Below, piece after piece: positions 47,679-61,033 of a stretch of DNA of 64,000 bases. This DNA comes from Parasitella parasitica NRRL 2501. Taxonomy: Eukaryota > Fungi > Mucoromycota. The translations under genes were made by a program, and so were the position numbers. The DNA lies in NCBI GenBank assembly GCA_025201805.1, contig MU619244.1:126044-190043 (forward strand). The letters run 5' to 3'. The notes beneath the pieces are model-generated. The model made no database searches, was not told the origin of the DNA, and was given only the letters and a program-made list of their open reading frames with translations. Every line of letters starts with the position of its first letter. The stretch's first letter is position 1.

Positions 47679-49001
47679 TCTTATAATAAATCTTATAATA
47701 AAAGGAACTTGGGTTTGATCAAATTTTTAAAAATCCCAAGTGTTATAACAAATGATAGTATCCCAAAGCGTCCCCTCCCTGGTTCTGATAAAAATATAGC
47801 AGGCCCTAGCCACCAGCAAACCAAGCATTGTGCTTCATGCCATCAATTTGAGTCATTCGTGAAAATCACATAATTCATGTCTAACAATCCAAAAAACAGT
47901 GGTATCCCTACAAATGAAACAAATGCGGACGCTCAATCTGTTGGAGAAGGTGACATAACTCCCACATCTCAAGTCAGTGTAATTAGATGTGCCTCATGTC
48001 AGCAATAAGGGCATTCAAGAAGTATAGTACGAACAGTTCTTGCCCTAATAACCCAAATCCTTCCGAAAGCACAACAGGCTCCGCTTACCCAACAAACCCA
48101 ATAAATCTGGTACCAACTTGCATTCTCTTATCAACAGCACACTCCCACTTTTGAGTACAGTGAGTGCTGATATGACATCCCGTCCCTGGGTAGACATGCT
48201 CACTAATTCAGTTGTTACGACGCCAATGAATGCCGATGTCCAGATTTTAAATGTTATCATGCTTACTCGAATTCCTGGCCAAGAGGTCATATATTGTAGT
48301 GCTGATAAATGTTCCTCTGAGGTAGGTCAAGTACAGTATCCTCCAGAAATGATGAACAGTATTGACGTTGGTAGTCTTCCTCCTCATTTATTAAAACTTA
48401 AACTGCAGTTCCTATCACCCTCCTGAGAATCATCAGCCCATCTACCGGTCTTTGTAATGGTACAAGATTGATTATAGAGGCTCTCCTCCCAAATGTTCAT
48501 CTCAGGTTCCAAAATTAGTGATGTGGTTCTTATTCCGAAAATCTCTTTAAATTCACCTGATGAATCCCAAAGACATCAATTTCCAATTAGGCTTGCCTTT
48601 GCAATGTCTGTAAACAAGGCTCAAGGACAAACTTTGTAAAAGGTGGGTTTATACCTTCCAAAGCCTGTATTTTCTCATGGCCAATTATACGCTGCTCTTT
48701 CGAGAGTCCAAACTCCTGGCTCTATAAAAGTTCTGATAGAGCAATCTAAAGATGAGAAGCAAAGACGACTTCCACCCAATTGCACGAGAAATGTCATCTT
48801 TAGTGAAGTCTTCCTTTAACGGCAGTAAAATCACAATTACACACCTTTTCCTCTTATAGCTTATAAAAACAATAAAATTTCATTTATTTCAGAGACTGGC
48901 AGCCTCGTAGAGAGAGATGGACCCCGCGCAAACGAAGGTCGATTTTTACATAGCGTAGCAAAGGTGCAAAAATCACCAGAGTGGGCGGGGTGACCAGCTC
49001 G
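47679..49001 (+). mobile_element. Non-autonomous, internally deleted Helitron
   Basis: 5' A|TCTTATAATAAA; Cys-knuckle relics; PIF1 helicase C-terminus (LPPHLLKLK, GLCNGTRL, QFPIRLAFAMSVNKAQGQT, PVFSHGQLYAALSRV, TRNVIFSEV); subterminal hairpin 48921-48991; 3' CTCG|T. Confidence 0.82.
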
Positions 49002-49055
49002 TATTTGAACAAATAAAACTCTCATTGTCCTATATCATTACCCTATCATTAAACC

Positions 49056-50732
49056 ATGTTCCATAAAGTAGCAACAGAAAGCATCTATCAAAGATGGCTG
49101 AAATGTGCGGCAGACCTTCAGCCCCAGTATGATTATTTTAATTTCGCAGATTTAGTGATGAAAAGCAAACGGACGACTAGCACTCTTTACCTAACTACGC
49201 TAAACAAGGCTCTTTTGACCTCTTTTAAAAAGGCAAAACCTTCAATAACTGCTGCCATTTCTCTCTTTAACGTAAGAATTGATATTCTATTTACTCTTAA
49301 GAATCCAAATCTGATACTAATCTATTTTGTTTTTCTTTTCAGAAACGAAACAACCAGAACTGCTTCTTTTACAAAAAATATATCGAATATTGGGCAAGAA
49401 GAGATGAAGATGAAAGAGAAGAATCAGGTTGCAGAATCGAAAAGCGTATTTATAGTACGTTAGAGGATGTAGCTGTAAACGTACTCAGTTCGATAACACA
49501 AGCATCTAAGCGTGTAAGTGTGTTAAAAATACCTAATCGGTGTACTGACTATTTCACCATGTTTTTTAGTCGTGTAATACAGGCGAAAGCAGCAGCGGCG
49601 GCAGCAGCAACAACGACAGCAACAACAACGACAACGACAACGACAGCAACAGTAACAATAACGTCGACAAGGACAGTATAATTCTAAATGATCTGACCTC
49701 TACTTATAAAGAGTAGGACTACACACTTGCACATGACACTATTCTTGGCCTTAACTTCAACCTTCTTTTTGATAGGATCACTGGTTTACAGATACTATTT
49801 CTTGATGATAACGGTGTTCAGTCTATACTTGAGAAAGAGCTTCTCGAAACATTAATCCAACAGACTTCGATCCAGGTTGAACCAATGTCGCCTCAAGCTG
49901 CTTTAATTCTGCATGGGCTGAATGGATCAACTGCTCAGTTTGAGGAATTACGAAAGATGATCAGAAATTTCAAAATCTCAGATAGTATTATGACTTATCC
50001 AGATCTTAATTTTATCGAGACTATGGGCAATCACTTGTAAGACCTGAGAATCCGTGTGAAGAGCTTTTAACTAATTTTATTGTTGTGTAGCCTGAACCTT
50101 TGCCAAAGTCCTTTAAACCCTCTCTTGATGCCCACTCTTGAAAGAACTACAGCAGCTAAAACGGCTGTCATTCTGCTTGACAATCTGTTCTTGTCTGTAA
50201 ATGACAAAATTCATTTCTGCTGGTAAATTAATAAGATGCTCTGACACTTGAATCTAAATACTAAAACCTTTTATTCCAGGTTCGAGGTGGAAACATTGTT
50301 AACGAGGAGCACAAAGTGGGACGGGGTTGGCTTCCATGTTAACGCCGATAAACGAATTGGCTATTGTTTAGTCGAGTTTTCGGGTGGAATAAAAAAGAAC
50401 TGCTCAGGGAAAAAAGCTGGTCGGGACGAAGAGAAAATCGAAACTGGTGTTGTTATGTTCATGGATTTCACCAACGCCGATAAAGGTCATTTCATTCGAT
50501 TTCATGGTAAGATATCTCTCTATCTTAAGTTGAGACTAAATTAAACTGCTCCAATTATTTAGATATGAAGCTATACTTTGAATCTGTCTTTAAGCTTGAA
50601 GATCGTTTGATTAGAAGAACCCATGCTACCATCAAGCTGCCTACAACACCCGCTGAGATGAAAGACTTTTTTAATCAAACACAATTGCTATTCTCTTGGA
50701 AAAAGTCTCTTATCGATAGTCTCAGTTTGTAA
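49056..50732 (+). pseudogene. Decayed intron-containing gene with a REase-like DG...VEFSGG motif
   Basis: WFEVETLLTRSTKWDGVG..CLVEFSGG..RDEEKI; short GT-AG introns; stops in the upstream part. Confidence 0.5.
49588..49662. repeat. Compound trinucleotide microsatellite (GCA/GCG/ACA/ACG)
   Basis: Directly visible. Confidence 0.85.
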
Positions 50733-51329
50733 GAGCCAATGTGTTTATTTGTTCTGTATGTACAATAAGTCTTCTATGTTAGTGCACAGTTCAACAAATA
50801 ATTCGTCTATAGCTAGTATTTTCAATATGTGTCTCTTATATCAAATCTAAATATGCACAACCAGAGAGTTTTTCTGGAATTGAATTCATCCTTTTACATA
50901 AAGTTACATAACCTTCAATAAAAAGACACTTTTTATATCAGTGAAATCTAAGTGATGAAAAAAAAAAAAAGCAAACACGACTTCATATATGCGTAGATCA
51001 AATTACTTTATTGCTGGAGAGAGAGAAAGAGAAGATCAAATTCTAAATAAGCCGGGAACTTTATGTGCATTGTATTCCAAGCAAGACAGCGAGAGAGAAA
51101 TATAATAAAAAGAGATGTAGTAAAATCAATTAGAACCGGACAAGGGCCAAAAAAGAAATAGCTTTATTACTGCGTGAAATAGGTTTTCGTATATATACTG
51201 TTTTCATTATAATATATATGAATTCATTCGATATGAAAAAATTTAACATATCTATTTGGAATTCGTATTGAAGAATGTAATTAAAAGCTTGTTTTATTAT
51301 AGTAGTTGATGATCTGGCACTTAGAATGT

Positions 51330-51878
51330 CTACAAAATCCCTGAAGATCGCTGACGCGTACATGTATTTGTAATTCTTTGCAATAGTTTCTCTTCGTTCA
51401 TTAATCTATGACGCTTCATTTTTCCTTTTATAAGAGTCCAAAACTGCTCAACTGGGTTCAGTTCTGATGAGTAAGGAGGCAAGTACTTTACTCTATAACC
51501 TCTGCTTTCAATTTTTCTCATGATTGGATGAGACTTATGAATAGTACAGTTATCCCTTACAAGGTAACTATCCATAAGACTTTGATCCATGTCTATGATG
51601 TCAAGTTCATCCATAGATTTTGAAAAATGAGCAGTAGTTGTACCCTTTGCTACTGGCTTATTTTTCTCAACATCAGAAATATTTCCAACATCAACATACT
51701 CTATAGCACGCTTGTCAATGATGATATTACCTGCTTTTTACTCTTTGCTCTTTGTTTTTTTGTGGTTCTGACTTGACTTTTTGAACCTTTTTGGCTTTTG
51801 GGTGGCGGTTTTTTCATAGGGACATGGAGAACACTAGTACAGTGTATAGCACCGATAACGGTGTGAGATGGAGAACGA
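51330..51878 (-). mobile_element. Tc1/mariner-IS630 transposase fragment
   Basis: HTVIGAI, KGTTTAHF, YLVRDNCTIHKS, YLPPYSSELNPVEQFWTLIKGK. Confidence 0.8.
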
Positions 51879-51879
51879 A

Positions 51880-52411
51880 CCTTTTCAACTTCTACTTCTC
51901 CTTCGCATTTTCTCTTCTATTGTCCAGCCAAAGCCAATATTTGGCAGGCTGTTGTTTTCGAATTTCTTTAGCTAACAGTATCCATTCATGACATTATATA
52001 AGCTATTTGCTCTTTTGATTTCTATGACATTAGCTACAGACAAACAAGTGTTATAACTGCGCCTCTCATAGTTTTCATAGTCTTGGCTAACATCTGGAGA
52101 GCTCACTTTCGCTTTACTCCTTTCACTACCGCCGCGGTTCTGGCCAACATCCGAATCGATGTTTTAAAACGCATTGAGGAAGACTCAGTTCATTCCGTTC
52201 TGTAGCATACTGGTAGGGTCATCGTTCTATCGTCAAACTGAACACCTTCATTTATTATCATCTTTTACTTTCATATGTTTTATCCCTTCTATCAATCTCT
52301 GCCCCTCAGTATTATTTTATCTCCGTCTGACTGAATCTTATTTGGCGCCTTTTGAGCCAGTTTCACTACTGTGCTTTACACGGAGCAATCAATAAAAACC
52401 CTAAAAAAAAA
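51880..52411 (+). mobile_element. L1-like non-LTR retrotransposon 3' fragment (zf-RVT end, 3'UTR, A tail)
   Basis: HFLFYCPAKANIWQAVVFEF, LANIWRAHF; aataaa plus poly-A at ~52391-52411; homologous to the 59.5-60.2 kb copy. Confidence 0.78.
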
Positions 52412-53267
52412 AGATCTCTTTTTTTTTTTTTGGTCCACGCGAACTTCAGTGAGTTATTGTCAGAAAAAAAAGACAAAAACTGTAAGAAAACAATGTTTAG
52501 CGATCTCAAACACAAAAACAAGTAATTCAAAGTAATTTATTAGACTACAAGGCACCTTTTGATTACATATTTGCATAGCTTAGAGCAAGTTTTTGTACTT
52601 TTCAAGTTGAAATCAGATGAAGGGAGCGACTTTTCCGACTTTTTTCGGAAAAGTGTTTTTCGAAATTGGAGCGTGAGATCGTCAGGTCAGTTACAGATAT
52701 TCAAGTGCTACCATTTGAAAGATAAGAAGCACAAAATTTAAATGAAATAGGTTGTACTTGTTTTTCTTTCAAATTGAGTAAGCTATGGCTTCTCAAAGCT
52801 CGTGCTTTCTTCAAACAAAACAACCATTTTCTTTTGATAGCGGAGATTAAACGCGGCCAAAACCAGGAAGAAAGAATTCTTTCAGAAACTCCATTTGGAC
52901 AATTAGAAAACTAAATTACTTCTTTGAGGCAAGATATCATCTTCCGATACTATGCATACCACGGCTGTCAGTTTATGATAATAGCTGTATTTTTAGACGC
53001 TCTATACGCTGGTATCAATTCGTTATTCTCTTATACTTATGGAAGGAATTATGTCGAGAAAAACTCAAAACAGATCATGAGGGAAAAGTCAATATTTTGC
53101 TTAATCAGAGCGCATTTCCAGTCTTTCAGATCAAGGAATGGTCTTTTACGATCATTTTCTTCTAATATATACTATAGTAAAAAGTTGCATTTTTGAGGTC
53201 AAAATCGAGAACAATGCATAATCGATGATTTTGGATGCGTGGATACAAGGAAAAAATCGAAAAAATC

Positions 53268-54123
53268 CGTCATTTTGCATCGAAAAAAAAAATATGCTCG
53301 AATTGCACCAAAATCATATATAACATAGTTTTTTATCAATGGATACTATTTTTCGTGTTTCAGGGCACTTTTGATTATGAAAATTAACCAAAAAATGGCT
53401 CGCGAAGCTAAAGCTCTTGCTTTTAAGCTGTAAAAATATCTTTCTGGAGGTCATATCACGTCAATATCAATTCTACAGCTCTATAAAGTAATATTTTTGA
53501 TGCCACTATTATACCCTTCTTCATAGTAANNNNNNNNNNNNNNNNNNNNNNNNNNNNNNNNNNNNNNNNNNNNNNNNNNNNNNNNNNNNNNNNNNNNNNN
53601 NNNNNNNNNNNNNNNNNNNNNNNNNNNNNNNNNNNNNNNNNNNNNNNNNNNNNNNNNNNNNNNNNNNNNNNNNNNNNNNNNNNNNNNNNNNNNNNNNNNN
53701 NNNNNNNNNNNNNNNNNNNNNNNNNNNNNNNNNNNNNNNNNNNNNNNNNNNNNNNNNNNNNNNNNNNNNNNNNNNNNNNNNNNNNNNNNNNNNNNNNNNN
53801 NNNNNNNNNNNNNNNNNNNNNNNNNNNNNNNNNNNNNNNNNNNNNNNNNCGTCATTTTGCATCGAAAAAAAAAATATGCTCGAATTGCACCAAAATCATA
53901 TATAACATAGTTTTTTATCAATGGATACTATTTTTCGTGTTTCAGGACACTTTTGATTATAAAAATTAATCAAAAAAGGGCACACAAAGCTAAAATTCAT
54001 GCTTTTAAGCTGTAAAAGATATCTATCTGGAGATGATATCATGTCAGCATCAATTCTAGTACATGACAAAGCTCTATAAAGTAGGTATTTTTGATACCGC
54101 AAGTAAACCTTGCTTCATAGTAA
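53268..54123 (+). repeat. Diverged direct repeat on both sides of an N gap (53268-53529 vs 53850-54123)
   Basis: First ~90 bp identical, then multiple substitutions and indels; Ns at 53530-53849. Confidence 0.85.
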
Positions 54124-54399
54124 TATGATAAAACAGGTGTGGCCCCATCGAGTCGGAAGCAGAAGAGGATAATTAATGAATACAATGTTTTGCTGTAATA
54201 ATCCACTTTTATTTGTGAGTAATTCATAGGTTGCTAATTGCTAGTGACAGAGAAGCCCTCTTACCATTGTTCAGAACCCCTAATATATATTATCACAAAC
54301 ACTGTGACATTTATCATTTACTTGAACTTTTAAAAGCCTTCACATAATAGCTGGCAATATAGAAATGTCACCCGACTTAATGCTAAACGATAGATTAAA

Positions 54400-55340
54400 A
54401 TTTCAAAACGGACAATATTTACCAGCCGCACTGTAACTTCTGTGTCAATCGCTTCACGGGCTTTTGGTTGACCAGCATAAGCAATTAGCATTAGATCAAA
54501 ATGTTAAAATGATTGCCCAAGGCATAATATACTACGGTTTGACATATGTCTTTATTGACAAATCAATAAAGCTCTTTTACCACAGGCGATTTGTGAATGG
54601 AAGCATTATCCATCACAAAAAAGTAGGAACCAGCATTGGTTTCATCCAGTTTCTTCGTGATCCCACTAACAAAATCTTTGAAGATCTCCCCTGTTGTGCC
54701 TCATTTGACAACTTCAATTGAGACATCTTCAACGCCACGGTGGGAGACGCCTGCAAGAATTTACATGTTCACAGCTCGCTTCATGTCATTATCAACTACG
54801 CTCAAAGAGACTTTTTTGTAGTAGCCTTGTCCACGTACAAGATTGGCATTGAATTCAGCCTCGTCCACAAAGACACAATTGGTCTTGAAGGCAATACGTC
54901 TTTCAGATAATCTATTTGAAATAGAATTGCATCTTTACTGGGTGTTTTTTTTTGGTCTCCCACTGTCTTTGTTCGCTTCACGTTAAATCCAAGGCCAATG
55001 ACAAGTAATTCCACACACCACTTGGAAATATACCTCAACAAGCAAGAACTGGGAACTTCTGTTCCAATGCCTCCTTGAGCATATCAAGATTTTGCGTGCA
55101 GTCGCCGTCCAAGAGCTTTTTGATATGCTTTCCATGCTCATGCTCATGCTCAGTCTTTGTTGTCTCCTTTTTTCTTCTTTACCAAACATCCAGGATATTT
55201 CTGACAGATGAGGTGGACAGTTGGCATCGTCGCGCAGCCTCTGAAGCAGTGATTGGATCATTAATTTGCTCGATGACAAGCTGTCTAGTGGCGGCAGGAA
55301 TATTTCTTTTTTTCGGCTCTTTTGTCTTTAGTTGATGAAG
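54400..55340 (-). mobile_element. Tc1/IS630 transposase relic, similar to the 45.5 kb element
   Basis: EHGKHIKKLLD.DC, LGFNVKRTK, CVFVDEAEFNANLVRGQGY; many frameshifts. Confidence 0.7.
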
Positions 55341-56022
55341 TACGAGGCATTTTTATTAACTCAAGTGTAATTGAGAAACGTGAAACCGTATGTGAAAGAG
55401 AGCAGAAAGGTTATAATTAAGCTGAATATAGGACTTGTAATATATACAAATGAAACAATGATTAGATCCTAATTAACGTTTACATATGTCGTTATGTCAT
55501 TGTCAATTATTATCATGTAGCGCACATTTTTTTTTTTTTTTTTTTTTTTGCCTACTTGTATTTGAAATCTGGTGGGCACGGCTATTTATTTCGAATCCCA
55601 CAACTTACCCTGCAATAATGACAAGCCTGAAAATAAACAGTCGAAAGAGCAGAATTAACCTTCCAAATCTGTTTTCTTCTTCGGAAGAAATATTTCCTTT
55701 CTAACTGATAAATAATCAAATGCAACGGTTTAAGAGGATTGTACGGCAGAGAGATTAAATTTTCAATTGGGCATGTTGATAAGATATTTACGTTTTGATG
55801 TACAATATCGGTATTTGTGCCTTTGGAAACACACTTTATCAATGGCATTATAATAGAAATGAACAAATTTGGGATATTGTATCTTTGGTAAAAAATATCT
55901 TACTTTCATGTGATAAGAACAGACCTTCTTCTGTTATTCCCACCCTTAAAAAGCCAAAACGCAATTTCTTTTTTTAAACGTTTTCTTTATTTATCTTTCT
56001 TTTCAGCACATCTCATGCTACA

Positions 56023-56781
56023 ATGGCTACTACAGATTCGTTAGATATGTCTACTGCTTCCATGTTGAGTAGCGGAGAACACGACACATTGTCTACGAAT
56101 GATTCCATGGTTGAACCATTACCAACGCCACCCACACCGCCTAAAGAATCACAATATTTAGATAACTCTAAAGATTATCAGCCATTGCATACATTGCCTG
56201 TCATTTCTTCTGGACAGCAACATGATACAAATGAAGAAGAGCAGATCATAGCAAGGCAGCCATCTACTCTAGCGTTTATCAAGGGACATGTTCACTACTT
56301 CTTGAAATCCGCTTTGCAATTCGTATTCAAAGACAATAATCTACCCTTATTAATCAACCTTATATATCATCTTATTGCAGCAAGAGCATTATTAAATAAA
56401 CCATGGAGAACGGTTATTCGTTACTTGGGCATCCCACCTACACCCAAACCGAATTCTGCATTGAAGCACCAGATTGAACAAACAACATCTATTGCTATTG
56501 ATCTACTCAGAACGCAAGGTGTGTTTCATTTAGCTATGGGCGCATTAGCGGTATTAGCGCTAAAGGAGAGAAGACAATCATCAGAAAGATCAGCTTTGTT
56601 TGTATTGACATTATCTTCTGTTGGTCAGACGTGGTCTCATTTCAATGCCTACTGGAAATCAAGTCATCAGCAATATAACCTCAAGGCATTGCAAGAAGTA
56701 GGCGGTTCAGATTTATTGGTTGCTTTGATCAGCTCCATTGCTTTGACAAAGACAGCAAGAAGGACAGGGAAATTGGTTTAA
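56023..56781 (+). CDS. Hypothetical membrane protein, 252 aa, intronless
   Basis: Uninterrupted ORF with disordered N-terminus and several hydrophobic segments; no family recognised. Confidence 0.7.
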   Translation: MATTDSLDMSTASMLSSGEHDTLSTNDSMVEPLPTPPTPPKESQYLDNSKDYQPLHTLPVISSGQQHDTNEEEQIIARQPSTLAFIKGHVHYFLKSALQFVFKDNNLPLLINLIYHLIAARALLNKPWRTVIRYLGIPPTPKPNSALKHQIEQTTSIAIDLLRTQGVFHLAMGALAVLALKERRQSSERSALFVLTLSSVGQTWSHFNAYWKSSHQQYNLKALQEVGGSDLLVALISSIALTKTARRTGKLV

Positions 56782-58009
56782 TTATGTTGAGTTGCTTTGA
56801 CCAAACCTTTACTGATATGATAGTAAACGATGGCTGAATCAGAAGAATAAATAGCCAGCGTTAATTTTCTACAATGAGCAGACATAGTTAATCTTGGTGT
56901 AATTAAGATTTGCCCAAATAAAAACACACATACTCAACTGGAGTCTTTATAGAATCAAACATATATGCTATGTTATCCATTGAAAGATTGGCTTCATCTT
57001 GCAACACAGGTATGATAAAGAGCTGATTACACTGCAGATAAGTATAATCAATAAATTAGCTTCTACACCTTTAAAAATTACCCAACCTACAGTTTTTTCT
57101 GGTTCGCGTGCTAAGAATATACATGTCTGCAATCCCTGATTTGCTTCAAATTGAACATCTTTCCACTTTTTGGCTAACACGAGATCTGAAAATATTCTTT
57201 GAGAAAGAGAGATATTATTAGGGGGAAATCCGTTGGAAGCTAGTTCAATATTCTTGAGCTAAAGTAGATGAGAACATATGCACGCATCATGTCGGGTTTC
57301 AATCAAATAATACTCTACTTGTTCTTGGTATGTCATAAAGAGCAACGTTCCAATTGTTGCAAGAGCGCGTGATTTTCAAATGGAGAAAATTTTTTGGTAG
57401 ACCTCAGCTACAACACTGCATTATAAGATACCTACACTATTATTATTTAAGAATAGCATATCTTTTGCTCAGTTGCTTGCTATTACAAGAAGTAAAGATA
57501 GACGGCATTACCCAAAACCTGCGCACATTTCTGAAGAATAAATTTAGAGAACGTAATAAATCTGCCATGTATAAAAATTGTAAAAGATGATGCTGGAATC
57601 CTTAAAATTCACGAGAGAAGCAAAAAACCTTGTTTTTGACAGCAGTTGCTGTTGCATAGCAACTAAATATTTGATCTACCGGATGCATGTTTTGGGCGTT
57701 GCTAAGCCTGCTATACATGAGAAACGTTCGGATATTGCATCAGCTGAATGGCGGCAACCATCACATCATTTTTAGATTAAACCTGAGAGGATTATCGATT
57801 CTTTTAGACCCATAGAAGTGTTTTTAAAAGTATACGCAGCCAGATAACATGGTGTGATTAAAGCAAGTATCGAAAGGTTGCCTGTCGTGCCTTAGACAAT
57901 CTCAGTTGCCTCCGTTCAGGCCTCCAGTGTGGTAAATGCTCTCTGAGCCACGCTTTATTTGTATAACTTTTAAGTACTAATATACTTTTCCCTTTATTTT
58001 TTCATATCT

Positions 58010-59430
58010 TTTCAAGTCGTCCATCGTGGAAATCACTTATGACAGATCAAAGGAAGGATGTCAAATCCTATTTACGAGGACACCTATTTCCTGGAGATTG
58101 GCGGAAAAGGTAGTTATGCTCAGATAGCGATGACCATGCCTCTTCTTATGGTGCATAAGACAGTGTTTATCTTGCTCTTTATCGAAGCCTATCATCGATT
58201 ATATGCAATTCTGATATGAAAATTTGTGACACCCATCTGATACCTTTATGGATATCAATGAAAGCATGGACGCCAATGTTGTTGTCAGATAGCGCCAAGT
58301 CAACGCTAAGTTCTTCAAGCAGAAGTCGAAATTTCTTCAAAAAAGTTCTTCTTCAGATTCTTTATTCTCCAAGAAGAGACAAAGACATGTCCCATCCTAG
58401 ATTGTAGGCGACTGATCCGCTTTCAGAAGCCACAGATGCATTTGCTCAAGTTTGGCCGAAAAAAGGAGCTTATTGCTTCCTACTATGATAACTAAATCCA
58501 CAAGACTTACGTCAAGTAAAGGCCAGGAAAATCAAGCAATTAGTATTGGCGACTCCATATTGGACAACACAGCACTGGTTCCTTATGATACTACAAATGA
58601 ACCATCCGGATCAACCGATATTTTACAAGAAAAGTAAGTCGTTGACCTTAGCCGCATGACTACTATCAGGCATGAACGCAGAAAAAAGGGTCTCTATGAA
58701 AAAACGTCTGGGTATTTGACAGGAGCTCAAACGTCTCTACAGCGATATGTTATGATAATGGCTTGATAATGGCTGGAACATTTGGCTGTCATGGTACGAG
58801 GAGAAACAGAAAGATCCTCTGGAAGATGATGCAAATAATGTGCTGCTGTAATCCTGAGGGAGCAAAAAAATGGCTATCAACACTTGAGTACGAGAAGATC
58901 AGCAATCGCATCGGTCTTCAAAGTAATTTATCCTGCAAAAGGTCCCATAGCAGGTCTAACAAATGACCATACCCTATTTATGCCTTTAAACATAAATAAT
59001 AGCGAGAAGACAAGGTTAATCAGGCCAGCAAGCATATCTGGATGAATCAAAAATCAATGTATTCAAAAAATCGAAAACAAGCAAGAAAGAGATGCAGTCA
59101 GTCAAATACTGCCACAATTACTACTACCACTGAAACTGCTGCTTCTTTCAATGATAGAAGGGAAGGATCTGTCATTGATGAGTTCTCTCTTTTTAACAAC
59201 ATGCATGACCCATGCGATACTGGTTACGAGGTTGTTGAAACTGTCACCGAGACTCCAGCTCCTCGTATTTATGCTAGAAAAAGTAGAAAGGAGTATTAGG
59301 TCGACAACATTGAAAACTTGAAGAGATGGTATCTCCAATCTTTGAGATCAATGGGCATGCGGATCTTTGCCCTCAAGCTTCCAAAGATATCACCGACGGG
59401 AGATGGCTAGTCATTTTGATCGAGTCAAGC
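58010..59430 (+). mobile_element. Probable heavily deleted DIRS-like (YR) retrotransposon relic
   Basis: SWKSLMTD/KEGCQILFTRTP.SW resembles the start of a DIRS RT, and RSAIASVFKVIYP resembles the N-terminal part of the YR. Resemblance only. Confidence 0.45.
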
Positions 59431-59469
59431 TTATTTCTTAAAATCAAGCTAAAAAGCTTCAACGCTTGA

Positions 59470-60195
59470 TTTTTTATAACAAGCTTTTTTCAAAAATGTC
59501 TTCAACGATTGATTTTACTTCCTTCACACTCCAGTTCGAGTCTCTTAACAGGGCCAACATCTTCTCCAAGATCTCAATCAAGACCTTTCGTCAGGCTTGT
59601 TCTTCTACTTTTATACCAACCTCTTTGACTGTAATCAGCTCTGACTCGTGGAAATTGTTTTGGTCATTAGCTCTAAGTATGGTACAGCGAAATGTCGTAC
59701 ACCGCTTCATCAACAACAGAGTTCCTCATATCTCCCTTCTTCATCGACTATTTCCGGAACAACACCCTTCTCCACTATGCGCTATTTGCTCCCTTACTGT
59801 CGACTCTCCTACACACTTCCTCTTTTATTGTCCAGCGAAAGCCAACATTTGGCAGGCTGCGTTTTTCGAATTTCTTTGCCCTACTGTCTCCATCCATGAC
59901 ATTATTTCCGCGATTCATTCTTTGGATCTATGATATTCGCTACAGCCAACAAATTGCCTTTCCTGCGCTCCCTTCACTGCAGTCGCAGTTCTGGCCAACA
60001 TCCGTTTCGATGTTCTACAACGCATTGATGAAGATGTGCCCCATTCTGTATTGTAGCCTACAGGTAGCGTCAGCATCCTTTCGTCACATTGAATTCCTTC
60101 CATTATTTTTTTTTTTTAATTATTAGCCTATGTTATTATCCGTTATTTCTTATTCTCATTATTTACTCTGTCTGCCGATTTGCCAAAAAAAAAAC
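59470..60195 (+). mobile_element. L1-like non-LTR retrotransposon 3' fragment (zf-RVT, A tail)
   Basis: WKLFWSLALSMVQRNVVHRFINNRVPH, SPLCAIC..VDSPTHFLFYCPAKANIW; A run at 60185. Confidence 0.8.
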
Positions 60196-60667
60196 AAAGT
60201 ATTTATCAAAGAAATTTCATTGATTCATGCGTGGAAAGAGGCTGTAACAAGCCATGCTCTTGATTCAAATTAGTTTATTTGTGTATCCATCAGTTTTGTG
60301 GCTTTAACAATATAAAGGGATAGAGAGATAAAGCCATTCTATACCATTATTTATGCTTGTAATTATTTTGGCTAGAAGCTTTGGTCAAATTATTTGCAAA
60401 ACAGAGGGCAGCTTACTCTCAAAAAGTTGGGCAAACCAGCTTCAAACATTTGACCAAACCAGTTACTTGATTTTCGAAAACACCACTCACTTTTTTGAGT
60501 GAGGTTAAGTTGCCCAGGAAAAGGAAATTGGAAATATTGCACCTTTTTTTGATGAAAGGAAAAGTCTACTTTTATTTTGAGAACTAACAAATTTTCAGAC
60601 GATTTCTTTTCTTTCAGATAATAGACGCTGAAGAGCTTTTTTTTTTAAAAAAAAAAGCCTTTAAAGA

Positions 60668-61033
60668 CAGGTACTACGGCTTATCATATAGTCAAATTTA
60701 TAGAATCTGTAATGGATGTCCTTGACAAAAATGAGATGACAAGGGGTTTTATTGTCATGAATAATTGTAGGGTACACCATTTGCTGTTGGTGCTAATGAA
60801 AAACGGGGATACAAACCATTATTCATGCCATCTTACTCTCCGTTTCTATCGAAAAGTGCTAGTGAAGATTAAAAGTGGGGTTAGAAGAAATCCTTTGAAG
60901 AAAGGCGGTGAGCTGAACACGTCGTATCGCTGAAGCATGCAACAAGGTGACTACAAAAGACTGCTTGCAGAGGGTAAAACACGCTGAGTCTTATTGGGAG
61001 ACATGTATTCAGAAAGAAAAGGGTTTAAAATAA
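60668..61033 (+). mobile_element. Tc1/IS630 transposase 3' fragment
   Basis: GTTAYHIVKFIESVMDVLD..FIVMNNCRVHH, FMPSYSPFL, KIKSGVRRNPL. Confidence 0.75.
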
